Positions 38,589 to 52,190 of a DNA stretch of 64,000 bases are shown in pieces. Each line of letters starts with the position of its first letter. Within the stretch, counting starts at the first letter, position 1. The stretch spans positions 161,944,001 through 162,008,000 of the forward strand of contig NC_042998.1 in assembly GCF_006345805.1 (NCBI RefSeq), given 5' to 3'. The position numbers and the translations under genes are program-made. The notes beneath the pieces are model-generated. The model searched no databases and was not told the origin of the DNA. It saw only the letters and a list, made by a program, of their open reading frames with translations. Origin of the DNA: Octopus sinensis (taxonomy: Eukaryota).

Positions 38589-41500
38589 CACACACACACA
38601 CACACATATATGTATATGTGTATTTCATATATTGTGTATATGTATATGTATATGTATTTATATATGTATATATATGTGTGTGTGTATTTCATATATTGTG
38701 TGTATGCGTATATATATGTGATTCTATATATATATATATATATATATACACATACTTGTATAGAGATGGAGAGATAGAGAGAGCGATTTCCTCCTTACAT
38801 TTGAATCTGTAATCTTTCCATTTTCTCTTTCTGTTCTCTCATTCTCACAGTCATTCTCGCTCATTCTCTAACTTCTTCCTATTTCCTTCATGTGCTTTCT
38901 CCATTTTACTTTTGTGTGTGTTTGCTTTTTTTTTTGTTGCTTATTATTTTATTGTTTCGTCTTTATTTCCTTCACTTTCCCCCCCCCCCAATCCCATACT
39001 TCTACTCATTCTTCCATTCTCTTCTTACTTTCCTTCTGTCTTTCTGTCCTTCTTTAGACGATGCCCTCACCTCTTTGATATGAAGCCAATTATTTCTTGA
39101 CTATTGCTCCATTGCTTTGTCTACAAATACTGATACATATTGTGACATTGGTAGTATTATTGTTATTCTTACTTTTCTTTATGCTATTCCTAAACATCCA
39201 CCTTATTTACTTTCTCCATCTTCTTTGAATCCTTTGTCTTTTTCTTTCTCCCCTCTTTTCTTTATCCCTATTCTATTGATTCCCTTAGATCTGCTTCAAT
39301 TTTTTTATCTCTTTTTACTTGTTACTTCTCAACTTTCTTCTATCAGCTTCCTCAACTTTCTTCTTCGTCATTGCTTTTGCATTTTAGTTCTCAATGAAGC
39401 CTAGAGAAATACTCTGTCCAATATGAACACTCTGACAGTATGGTTGTTTATAAACTACTGGAACTGATATGGTTACCATTAATGTTTCAATATTCTTTTG
39501 GGCCATGTAACTCTGCCAATTCTAATGTCCAGTTCAATGCTTAAAAGAATTCAATGACAGACCAAAACTAGCTCATCTCAAAACAGCTGAAATCAGTGAA
39601 GACATGAATAATAAAATACAACAAACAAATGAAATACTAACTGAAATAAAGTTTGTCTAAGTTTTTGAGGTGAAAAATTATCATTATTAGACACTGATAT
39701 AAGTTTGTGAGCTGGTCAAATTGTTAGCAACTCTGGACGTAATGTTTAGTGGTATTTCTTCTGGATTTTTATGTCCTGAGTTTAAATATTAATGAGGCCA
39801 ACTTTACTTTCACCTTGCACCCTTTCAAAGTTGATAAAATAAGTACCAGCTGTGTATTGGGGTCGATGTAATTGGCTTATCTCCCTCTTCCCTCAATATT
39901 CCTGGCCTTGTGCAACAAATTTGAAACCTGGTGTATTTGGGTTATTGTTCTCGTCCTGATTGATATAGGGACAATATTTTGGCTACTGAATGTTCAAGCC
40001 CCTCCAGGTACTAGAGTGGTGAATAGAAGGAATAATTTTCAAGTGTTAAATGTTTAGCTGGTGGTCATGAGTTCAACTCCTTGGTTAGTCAAACTATGTA
40101 TACTCTGGTTCAAGCATAATGAGTAAGCAACACCACAAGATTTAGAATAGTTAATAAAAAGAATATCTCTGAGATGGACTGTGGACTGAGAACAATCTTT
40201 GTCTTCAGTTGTACTACTTTCATGGATTCCATGACCTTCTGTAACCATCCACTTTCATTATTATGAATTTGAATTGGGAATTCGTGTCATAGTGAATCTT
40301 TCATTACCTGATTACACAACAATGAATGCCTATGGATGTGTTGCAGTTACTCCCTTGATAGAGCTTGGTGATCCTCACTATTGAGCTTCTAGGATTCCTC
40401 CACTCAGCATCAATGTAAGAAGCACCATTGGTTCAGTTGAGCTCTTCTACTGTCTCTTCACAATTTACCATGCGGATCTTTGTGGTTTTCGTCATTGTTT
40501 ACAATTTTGTTCCAATTGTTTTCAAATTTGGTATATAGATTAAATTTTGTATACTAATTATGAAAATGAAATTCATTTTTCCTATAGATCCATAATTAAA
40601 AAGTTATTACCCTTAAAAATTTGCAAAATTTGGTAATTTAGCCAATCAGAAGCGAGCATTTTAGATATCACCATGGAGAAGAAGTTTGCTTCTATAGCAG
40701 TCAAACCAAAGAAGCACTGTGTTCCATAGTTGATTGTGAAGAACTCTGTTTCCATAGTAACCAAAGATGCTGTGCATGCGCACAAGGAGTGTAGTCACCA
40801 CTTGTTCTAAAATTGTTTGTTTTCATAACAGATGGGACTCACATTCAACAAATTGAAAGTACTTGGGCATGGTTGACTCTTATATTTGTGAATTTATGTG
40901 GAGAAGGAGATATGAGAAAGATAATTTATTTTATAAAATACTTGAGTGTATTGCAAATTTTTGTTCTTGATTTTTTTAAAGTAATAAATGTCTGTTTTGA
41001 CTGTTATTTCTAGCAACTCCTGTTGGCTTGTTCGTAGCTTTTAAATATTTAATTTGCTTGCAAATGTGTTAATATTAACCTTGCTTATGTACATTTTAAT
41101 GTTTTAACTGTTATTTCTAGCAACCTCTGTTGGTTTGTTCGTTCATAGCTTTTGAATATTTAATTTGCTTGCATAGCTAGTTTAATGTTTCGACTTGCCA
41201 ATGCCCCACCCCCGCTGCCCTGATGATGGAAGAGGCAGCAAATGCTCTGCTTTTTGATTGGCTGAAAACTCTGAAAATTATCAAGCTTTGAGCACCTATA
41301 ACATTTTGGCAAAACTTTTCTGGAATAAATGAATAACAAATTTGGATTCAGCAATGAAACAGGGACAAAAACCACAAAGATCCCATCATGTTGCAGTCTT
41401 TTGACTTTGCCATATCTCTAATAGGGCAGCAAATCTACTGCCATGGATTTAACAAAGATTTCAGTTTAAAATTGCAGAACTTTATTGAATGGTTCAGCTT

Positions 41501-42060
41501 TCATTTGGGCCATGGTTGATGAATATGAAAAACACCTGATGATGGCTAAATGGTACAGCAGCTGAAAATTTGTGATTTTAGCAAACTAGTTTGAATATAT
41601 TTGCATACTAAAACAAAAATAAGCAAAAAAGGGAGGATCTTTGATCTGCTAGTAATAGCTGCTAAATATCCTTCAAAATCTTGCTCTACTGTCTTAAAAA
41701 TAGGACACATTGGATAAATTCATAGCTTGAGAGAAAAGCAGACTAACTACAGGAAGAATGCTTTTGTTCTTAAGTTTTGTTTGTCTAGGCTGAATGTGGA
41801 TTAAACAATAACAGTAATAGCAACGACATATTTTTTTTATTCTTTTACTTGTTTCAGTCGTTTGACTGTGGCCATGCTGGAGCACCACCTCAAACAAATC
41901 GGTCCCAAAACTCATTCTTTGTAATACTAGTACTTATTCTATCAGTCTGTTTTGCTGAACTGCTAAGTTACAGGGACATAAACACACCAGCAATGGTTGT
42001 CAAGTGATGGTGGGAGTTACAAACACAAATACAAAGACACATACACATAAATATATACAT

Positions 42061-42145
<85 letters not shown>

Positions 42146-43199
42146 ATATATGACAGGCTTCTTTCAATTTTCATCTAACAAATCCACTCACAAGTCTTTG
42201 GTCAGCCTGGGGTTATAGTAGAAGACACCAGCCCAAGGTGTCATGCAGTGGGACTGAACCCAGAACCATGTGGTTAAGAAGCTTCTTTCAGTTTCCATTT
42301 ACCAAATCCATCCACTGATCCATCCCTCTGTCTATCCATCTATTCATTCATCTGTCCATTCATCCATCCACTTCTCTCATTCTTTCTCACTGCCCCACCC
42401 TCTCTCGGTACATTTTCTTTACAGTTCCCATGTACAAAATTTTTCATTCAAGGTTTTAGTTGACTTGATCCTGTAGTGAGAGACACCCAAGTTCCTAAGT
42501 GGAGCTGAATCTGAGGCTATGTGGTAACAAAGAGAATTTCTTTCTTAGCCATGCAGCTATGCACATGCCTACTTTTATTGCCTGCTTTCCTCTATGCCAA
42601 ATCTGAATACAGTTTGTGATGATTATATACAAAGAATATACAAAAAGAATATATAGAGATAGGTGCAAGCATGGGTGTGTAGCAAGAAGCTCACTTCTTG
42701 TCACACAGCTTGCTTCTTACCATGTTTCCAGGTTCAGTCCCACTGTGTGGCACCTTGAGCAAATGTTTTCCACAGTAGCCTTGGGTCATTCAAAGCCTTG
42801 TGATGGGATTTGGTAGATGGGAACTTAAAGAAGCTCATCGTGTGTGTGTGTGTGAATACACTCAGACAAGCAAGCACATAAATGCAAAACAAGGTGGAAA
42901 ATAGTACTCGAATACCAAAGGTAGAGTAAATAGGCTTTTATTAAAGCAGCAAAATTTGCAGCTTTGAAAAAAGAGTATATACATGTGTGTGTGTGTGAGT
43001 GTCTTTATGCCTATGTTTGTTCTCCACTACTGTTTGAAAACTGGTGTTGGTGTGTTTATGTCCCTGTAACTTAGTGGTTTGGCTTAAAAACAGTAAAAAA
43101 AGGGACTGAGGTTAATTCATTCAACTAAAAATTCTTCAAGGCAGTACCCCAGAATGGCTATGGTCTAATGACTGAAACAAATAAAAGATAGAATATATT

Positions 43200-43645
43200 C
43201 TTTGAGACAACAGTATTAAACAGTGACCTTTGAGATAAATTTTCATCTTGGAGAAGAGATGGAAATTCACAGGTACTAAATCTGGTGAATTGGGTGGGTG
43301 CAAATGTGATACCATGTTGTTTTTGGCAGGGACATTCTTACACTATTGAAGCACCCATACCACTTGAAACAATGTGTACAACCCATTGCCTCATCACTGT
43401 AAATTTGCCGAAGTATGCTGAATGTTTCTGTTGCAGACTTCTCAAGTTTAATGCAAAATTTCACATTGGCTTTTTATTCCTGTCCATGACAAAATTGCAA
43501 ACTACAGCTTACACATGATCACAAAAACACAAATTAAACGAATTGTGAAGTAAACACAGCAATGTCACATGGCACACTGCCTCATAAAGATCACTGCTAG
43601 CTCTCACAGTACATGCAATCATGTGCTGCTGTTTGATTGCACAAT
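43200..43645 (-). mobile_element. Internally deleted mariner element
   Basis: MKFCIKLEKSATETFSILRQIYSDEAM (HTH N-terminus) joined to HPPNSPDLVPVNFHLFSKMKIYLKG (C-terminal motif). Confidence 0.8.
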
Positions 43646-44310
43646 ACAGAACTAGCCCAGGAACTGACTGACTGACTGCCTGGCTTTCTTTCTTTCTTTC
43701 TTTCTTTCTTCCCCTTTTCTGATTCTAGTCATCAAACTACAGCCATGCTTGGAGCACCCTCTTCATAGTTTTTGTTGATTATATTGCCCTCAGCACTTAT
43801 TTTTAAGTCTCTTGTTTTTTTTTTATCAATCTCTGTTTGTTGAAGTGCTTGCTTTTGCAAGACACAAACAAGAATACTGACACAAATACATGCACATATA
43901 CACACATCTATATAATATACTATGTGTGTGTATACATACATATATTTATACATACATATATATATATATATGTATAAGTATATATATATATTATGTGTGT
44001 GTGTGTGTGTGTAATATATAAATATGTACCCACATAATATATATTTATACATTCATGAAAATAACTGAAGTTATTATTATCTATCAACAAAAGTATCTTG
44101 TACTCTTTGTTTAAATCTGATTCTTATTTTGTAGAATGAATGAGATGCACAAGAAAGAGATAATTCACACACACATACAGTTCTCTCTCTCTCTTTTTCT
44201 CCCCTTTCTCTCTCTCTCTCTCTCTCTCATGAGTATACATGGGCTTACAAAACACATTCTATACTTTTCTAGCTACATCTATGCACTTTACATAAACATA
44301 ATTCCCATAT

Positions 44311-44378
<68 letters not shown>

Positions 44379-46349
44379 ATATCATATTTACTTATAAATA
44401 CATACACAGTAATGTTGATAGGTGTGCATGCAACTAATAATATGTTATATAAACCTCATATGCATACAAACACACCCCATATATTCACATATCCTATACA
44501 CACACACACACACACACATGCATTCATATATCCACATGTACATATACACAAATACCGCAGTATTCATATGCTATTTCTGTGTGGAAACAAAAATACAAAC
44601 AGAAATTGATGCATACACACATATACATACAAATAAACATATACGCTCGCACATGATGCAACCACATGCATCGACACACACACACACACACATACGCACA
44701 CACACACATGCACACACACACATGCACACACACACATACACACACACACATGCACACATACACACACACACATACGCACACACACACAAATCAAACCTCA
44801 GATGTTAGCTATTGTCAAATTAATTATTCATTACTTCCAATTAACACTTGAACAGATAATCTCTTTAAATATTTAACTCTATATTCAATGTTGTGGTCAT
44901 CACTAGGATGGGGACATTTATCAGGACAGCCACACTGGCGACACCTGGCATTTCAGGCTCACTATTCTGTCCCCTCTCTTGCTAACAAGTTTTCTGCTTC
45001 ATCTTGTTGATGATATTTTAGGTTTAGGATGCTTGTTTTGCTTTTGTTTATCATTTGCTTTTGTTTTATTATTCACTTTTATTTTCATATTTCTGCAACA
45101 CTATTGTTGCTGTTGTTGATGTTGGTGGTGGTGGTGCTGTTGTTGCTAGTGGTGTTACAGATACTGACAATGCTGGTATTGCGTCTCGTGTGACAAATAG
45201 GGATGATGTTGTTGTTGTTGTGGTGTTTGCTACTGCTAAATATTGTTTTCGTGTTTTGACACAAGGCCAGCAAGTTCAGAAGAGTAAGTCAATAACATCA
45301 ACCCTAGTATTCAACTGGTACATATTTTATCGATCCCGAATGGGATGAAAAGCAAAATCAACCTTGGCAGAATTTGAACTCAGAACGTAAATATGGATGA
45401 AATACCACCAAGCATTTTGCCTGACCTAACATCTCTGCCAGCTCACCGCCAATTTCCTACTGTTAATATTGCCATGGTTTTTGCTTTGGCTGCAGTCCTT
45501 GCTGGTGCAGCTTTTATCTCTAACTTTAAAATGGATAAAACAAAATGGATAAAGCTCCTTTCCTAATCTTATATACACATAGTTTCCTGGTTTCAGAGGC
45601 ATATATATATATTCCCCACTGGATAGGAAGCCAGTCTATTGCAGGTTTACTCATTTTTACCAGCTAAATGGATTGGAGAGACATGAAATGAAGTGCTTTA
45701 CTCAAAAATGCAATGCATCACCTGGTCCAGGAATTGAAACAACAATCTTACGATCATGAGTCCAACACCTAACCACTAAACCACATGTCTTCACAACTTT
45801 AAAATTGATTCAGTTAAAACTTAGAGATAACTCTACACAGCATGGATGAATGGTTAAAAACTTTTGCTATGCAATTTTAAAGTCCCATGTTTAGTCTGAC
45901 TGACTGACATCTTGACCAAATGTCTTTCACAGTAGCTTAAGTGTTACCTGAGCCTGGCGAGTGAAAATGGGTTGATAGAAACAAAAACAGTCCTGAAGCC
46001 TATCAGACTGTCTTGACACAGTGATTCATCATTCTACTTTTCATCTTTTTTTTAATGTTTACTTTTCCATGCTTTCACCGGACAAATGAAATTTCATGAA
46101 GATGTTCTGCAGCTGGATGTCCTTTTTGTCACCAGCCCTCACCTTTTTCTATGCAGGATAATATTTCCCCATGGCCAGACATGTTTTTGGAAAATATTGC
46201 CAATGAATGTTGTTTACTTCCGTCAATCATACAAGACAAGAAGACAAATAAACACGCACTCACATATACACATATGTATACACATATATATTGCTAGTGA
46301 CATATTAATAGCACCTGTAAAATTATATTCGTGGCTGTTGCTGGTAGCA

Positions 46350-46906
46350 TGGTCTTTGAATGTTGGACTTCATGGAAGCGATGACAAGTGACTGAGACCA
46401 TTGGCAATATGCTGTGCTTGAGAAGACCCGTCAAGTCAAGTGAAACTGTAGCCATGGCTGTTGCCAGTGTCCTGTAAGTAGCACCCATGCCAATGGCCTG
46501 CAAAAAGCACCTATTACACTCTTGGAGTGGTTGAGGTTAGGAAGGGCATCCAGCCTTAGAAACCATGCCAAATCAGACTGGGATGTGGTACAGTTTTCTT
46601 ATTTCTTTATTGCCCACAAGGGACTAAACATAGAGGGGACAAACAAGGACAGACAAATGGATTAAGTCGATTATATCGATCCCAGTGCATAACTGGTACT
46701 TATTTAATCGACCCCGAAAGGATGAAAGGCAAAGTCGACCTCAATGGAATTTGAACTCAGAACGTAGCGGCAGACGAAATACCGCTAAGCATTTCGCCCG
46801 GCATGCTAAACGTTTCTGCTATCTAGCAGCCTTGTGGTACAGCTTTCTGGCTTACCAGTTCCAGTCAAACTATCTGGAAAGTGGATATTAAATGATGATG
46901 ATGATA
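46350..46906 (+). mobile_element. RTE LINE 3' end interrupted by SINE family B
   Basis: atgacaagtgactgagacc..tgctgtgcttgagaagacc ORF end, UTR and (GAT)n tail. Confidence 0.8.
46594..46832 (-). mobile_element. Young SINE family B with 10-bp TSD
   Basis: tgtggtacag at 46584-93 and 46833-42; CpG-intact body. Confidence 0.9.
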
Positions 46907-47904
46907 CACACACACACACACATTTATGTATTTACTTTGCAGGATTCCTGATGTGAACTTATGTGTTGAAACAGATATTGATACATTTGAGGATGGTCAT
47001 TTCTTCTTTTTGCCAAATAAACATATACACTATATATTCATTCTTTACTTCAGCTTTTATTATTGTTCTTATTTTAGTGACCTTTGTCTGAAATCTTTTG
47101 TCACACATCCTGTGACCTCTTCAGTGATCCTCCATCCTGCATGTCTCCTCTTGTTCTGTTTAGTCCATTCTGTCTTTCTATGGCAGTATGGTAAGAAGTT
47201 TGCTTCTCAACCACATTGTTCTAGGTTCTGTTCCATTGCATGGCACCTTAGGTAAGTGTCTTCTACCATAGCCTTGAGCTAACCAAATCTTTGTGAGTGG
47301 ATTTGGTAGGCAAAAACTGAAAGAAGCCTGTTATACACATGCATACATGTGTGTGTGTGTGTGTGTGTATGTGTGCGTGCGTGCGTGTGCGTGTTTGTGT
47401 CTGTGTTTGTCCCCCATCTACCACTTGACAACTGGTGTTGGTGTGTTTATGTCCCCATAACTTAGCAGTTTGACAAAAGAGACTGATAGAATAAGTACTA
47501 GGCTTTAACAAATTTAAGCACTGGGGTTAATCCATTAGACTAAAAATTCTTCAAGGTGGAGCCCCAGCATGGCCACAGTCTAATGACTGTAACTAGTAAA
47601 AAGATAAAAAGGATAGTTTGGGACTGGTTTCATCTCTTTAGAGATGTTGACAGTGAAGATAACAGAGCATTATTATGAACATTATTAGGTCTTTCTGTTA
47701 ATCACTTGATTACATTAGAACATTCTGCAGGAACATGTCAACATTTGCAAACACTTGCAAACTGGATTTCTTTCAAAAGATCTAAAGCTCAATATAATCT
47801 AGATGATGGACTCAATTGTATGAAAAGCCACAAAAGGTCAATAGTTCCAAGAAGCAAATTTTTCCCAGTTTGCAATCAAGCTGTGAACGTACAGTAGTGA
47901 GCAA

Positions 47905-48570
47905 CATCATCATCATCATCACCATCATCGTTTAACGTCCACATTCCATGCTAGCATGGGTTGGACGATTTGACTGAAGAATGGTGAACCAGATGGCTGC
48001 ACCAAACTCCAATCAGATCTGGCAGAGTTTCTATAGCTGGATGCCCTTCCTAATGCCAACCACTCCAAGAATGTAGTGGGTGCTTTTATGTGGCACCGGC
48101 ACAAAGGCCAGTCAGGTGGTACTGGCAATGGCCATGCTCAAATGGTGCTTTTTATGTGCCACCTGCACAGGAGCCAGTCCAGTGGCACTGGCAACAACCT
48201 CGCTCAAATGTTTTTTCAAGTGCCACCAGCATAAGTGCCAGTAAGGTAACGCAGGTAACGATCACGCTTGAATGGTGCTTTTTACGTGCTACTAGCACGT
48301 TGGCCAGTTTGTTGCTCTGGCAACGATCACACTTGTATGGTACTCTTAGTGCTCCACTAGCATGGATGCCAGTCATTGAATTTGATTTTGATTTCGATTT
48401 CTCTTGCCTTAACAGGTCTTCACAAGCAGAGTTTAGTGTCCAATGAAGGAAAGGTACACATAAGTGGACTGGTTACACCCCTGGCATAGGCCACAAGGTT
48501 ATGGTCTCACTTGGGCTTGCCGAGTCTTCTCAAGCACAGCATATTTCCAATGGTCCTGGTCACTAGTCAA
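47905..48570 (-). mobile_element. RTE LINE 3' end (ORF end, repetitive UTR, (GAT)n tail)
   Basis: Links the ORF-end motif gtcttctcaagcacagcatat to the UTR motif seen in the short copies. Confidence 0.8.
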
Positions 48571-49430
48571 ACATAAAGGAGCTAACTCAATGCTGCATAA
48601 TTAGTTTATGCAATGAGAATGCAAAAGGTAAAGGTATTTTTGGAAAACTTCATAAATATACAGAAAGTGCAGCAGTTATACAAATACAATCGTATTACAG
48701 AGTTTGTGACTTGTTGATGATAGTAGAAATGTGGTGAAACTCCTATCATTATTCACAACAGTGTCTTTATGTGTACACCATATTAAAATATGCATGTATA
48801 TACTGTTGTGAAATATGAGCATTAAATGTGAAATATGTGTGGTAATTGAAATGGAATTCGTTAAATATGGTCCACTGGATATTCTTTATAATCTTGTGAG
48901 AAATATTGACTGGTAGTGATTTGAGAAATCAACTAAGCATCCAAACGACTGGTTGATTTATTTAAGAAACAGACAGCTTATATGTGTGGATATTACATTA
49001 TAGTGAAAAAGGGTTGTGACTTAGTGATGAAAGATATCCATAGCTAGAGGTCAACCTGAGATGATGCAATTAAATCAAGCTTGAGAATAATATGCCTCAT
49101 AGATAAAACACCACAGGATTGAGATGCATGAAGTGATGTTGTAATGCAGACTCATCCGGTCGTATGGTGGAATGGAAAAATAATTGTTAAAATGATGTTG
49201 ATTTAGATGATTGGAATTTCTTAACATGTCTTTGAATCTAAACTATCAAAATCCTAAAATGTCAATTGTGAAGTTACTGCATTGAATAATCTGTTTCAGG
49301 ACAACATATTTTGATACATTATAAAGTAAATTTGTTTGATAGAATTCTCTGTTAAACAGTACAAGGTAGTAATAAAAGTCATGAATGATGGTCTTCGATC
49401 ACAAAACATCTGTAAAGTATAATAGTAATA

Positions 49431-49465
<35 letters not shown>

Positions 49466-49472
49466 AATAATG

Positions 49473-49531
<59 letters not shown>

Positions 49532-51602
49532 CATCTCTTGCAGAAATTCTTTTAATTGTTGGTTAGTATCAGGGTAGACACAGAGAATTTAGTCTACAAC
49601 ATAGAGAAGTTCTTCTCACCTAGTCCTACCTTTCAACTTGACTTTATCAAATATTGAACATTTTTACTAGAAGATGAGGGAGACATTTCACAATTTAAGT
49701 GTATGACAATCAGCTGTTTCTTTTTATTTCATAATTATTAATCATACAGATGATGGCATTGTATTTAATGTCCTTCTTATCAGCATATAACACTGTCCCT
49801 TTTAAGTGTTCATCAACATTGAAATTTCAAAAGAATTCTAAGAATTTATGCCTTTTTGCCAATATCTGCATGTTGAGATAAACCTACATAACATCACACA
49901 CGCATGAGTGTGCAGACACACACACATTCTCTCTCACACACACACATACATACATGCTTACATACTTATACACACGTACATGTACGCTTATGTACACAAA
50001 GAGAAAATGACTTCTTACCAATTATTAATTAGCTGTGTTGCAAAGAAGCTAATGAAAAAATTTTTAAAAAAGGTGGAGGGGGGATTTTCAAACAATTTTC
50101 TGGTTTCTGAATTACTAGGTAAAAATTAAGTATATGGAATATTAAACCAATTTCAAAGCGATTATATATTTAAATAATAATTGACTTCATTTATATAACA
50201 ACACCTATTATGGTTATGCAACTGCGTATATGATGTGGCTTCTTTTTATACATCTTTTACATGACAATATTTTAGTTTATATACTGTTTAGCAGAAGGAT
50301 AATCAACTTCATATTTCTGCTGGATTATCATTGATATCATCGCCATCCTTGTCACTACCACCAACATCAGCATCAGCAGCATTATCCTCATCATCATTAT
50401 CATCGTTGTTGTTATCATCATTAATTAAAATCTGCTTTTCTATGCTAACATACATTGGCTTGATTCTGATTCTACACAAACATATTTTCCTCTAACTCTA
50501 GCCTCCATCCTTCCAGCTGTGAAGTGTAACTATGTTCTAGTTTAACTTACCCCAAAGTCATACTTCACTTACCTGTCATGTGTTAACCGTTAGCATTATA
50601 TGACTATTCAAAGCAGTCGTATCTCTTACTAATGTCAATGACATCCAGATGCTTTCTCAGCTTGTACTCCTTTCATTTTCCTGTGCACCATCATGCCTTT
50701 ACTATTCGTAATTCCAAGTTGTACTTCCTCATATTTCTGGTAAATATTATATTTGGTATTCCATTGGCAAAGAGAAGGAAATGTTATTGTCAACAGAGTT
50801 TGTAGTTCTTCAAATGTTTTCTACCATTTTCCTTCACTGGGTTCAATCCAAAGTAAGAATTTTCTATATCTTATGGGATTTTGAATTTATGTGAGTCAGT
50901 CAACAAAATAGTTGGTTCAGCTTCTGCAGGTATCAAGAATATTCTACAATGGGAACCTATTTTCTTCATTACGGAACAAAAACATTTTTGTAAGTACTAC
51001 AACAACTGTTACATGTCTTTCAGAATAATACACTGTTTACTTTAACCTATTCTGCTGGAATATCATAGGAAACGGTCTTTGTTATTGTTATAGCTGGTAC
51101 TAGAATGTATATTCCTTCCACAGAAACAAGATTCACAAAAATCCTAACAATGATAAAATCTGCTGATATTCAGTTCCTGCCAAAACGTTTAATGAATAGA
51201 AAATTAAATAATAATATATCATCATCATGGTTAGAACACCGTTTGAGAACTCAGCTGAAGCTAAGCAGTGACAATACCAGTACAACTAACTCAACAAGGG
51301 AACTTCCCTGTCATTTGACCTGCTGAAAGAAGCTGCCAAATCTCTCTGAAATCACACATTACTATTTTGGAAAATGGAAGGACAAATTGGATAATTTCAT
51401 TCTAAATAAACTTCTCAATTAAATCGTTTTAATGGTGGAACTTGAAGTAAATAAAGCTATAAATAATGTTATTTTAATGTTGGGTTCAAAATCACTGGAA
51501 AAAAATCAAAGGCTGCTTGCAGGATGTGAACCAATATTGTCTGGTTAGCTTTGAATTTTTCCATCCAAAGTGATTTTTGATCCAATATTTAAATGTTATA
51601 AT

Positions 51603-52190
51603 GCAATGAGTTGGCAGGATTGTTAGTATGCTAGGCAAGATGCTTAGCAGCATTTCGTCCTTTACTCATTTATTTGTTTCTGTCATTTGACTGTTGCCAT
51701 GCTGGAGCACCAACTTTAGTCGAGCAAATCGACCCTAGGACTTATTCTTTGTAAACCTAATACTTATTCTATCGGTCTCTTTTGCTGGACCACTAAGTTA
51801 TGGGGACGTAAACATACCAGCATCAGTTGTTAAGCGATGTTGGGGGGAACAAACATATATATATATATATATGATGGGCTTCTTTCAGTTTGCGTCTACC
51901 AAATCCACTCACAAGGCTTTGGTCGGCCCAAGGCTATAGTAAAAAACTCTTGCCCTAGGTGCCACACAGTGGGACTGAACCCAGAACCATGTGGTTCGTA
52001 AGCAAGCTACTTACCACACAGCCACTCCAATGCCTTCTTGACATTCTGAGTTGAAATTCTGCTGAGTTTGATTTTGCCTTTCATCCTTTCATGGTCAATA
52101 AAATAAGTACCAGTTGAACACTGGGGTTGATGTAATTGACTTATTCCTTCCCCCGATATTGCTGGCCTTGTGTTAAAATTTGAAACTAAT
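51603..52190. mobile_element. SINE family B (plus) split by a family A insertion (minus, 51661-52034)
   Basis: B head ends catttcgtcc and resumes at ttcttgacattctgag. Confidence 0.8.

Noticed and set aside
40990-41172. ~110-bp local tandem duplication
   Set aside because: Diverged two-copy duplication with no structural or coding signal
41220-41226. CTGATGA box
   Set aside because: No downstream stem II-GAAA-stem III on the same strand
48960-49160. Faint RTE-like C-terminal similarity (also 50580-50740, minus)
   Set aside because: Too decayed to support by eye
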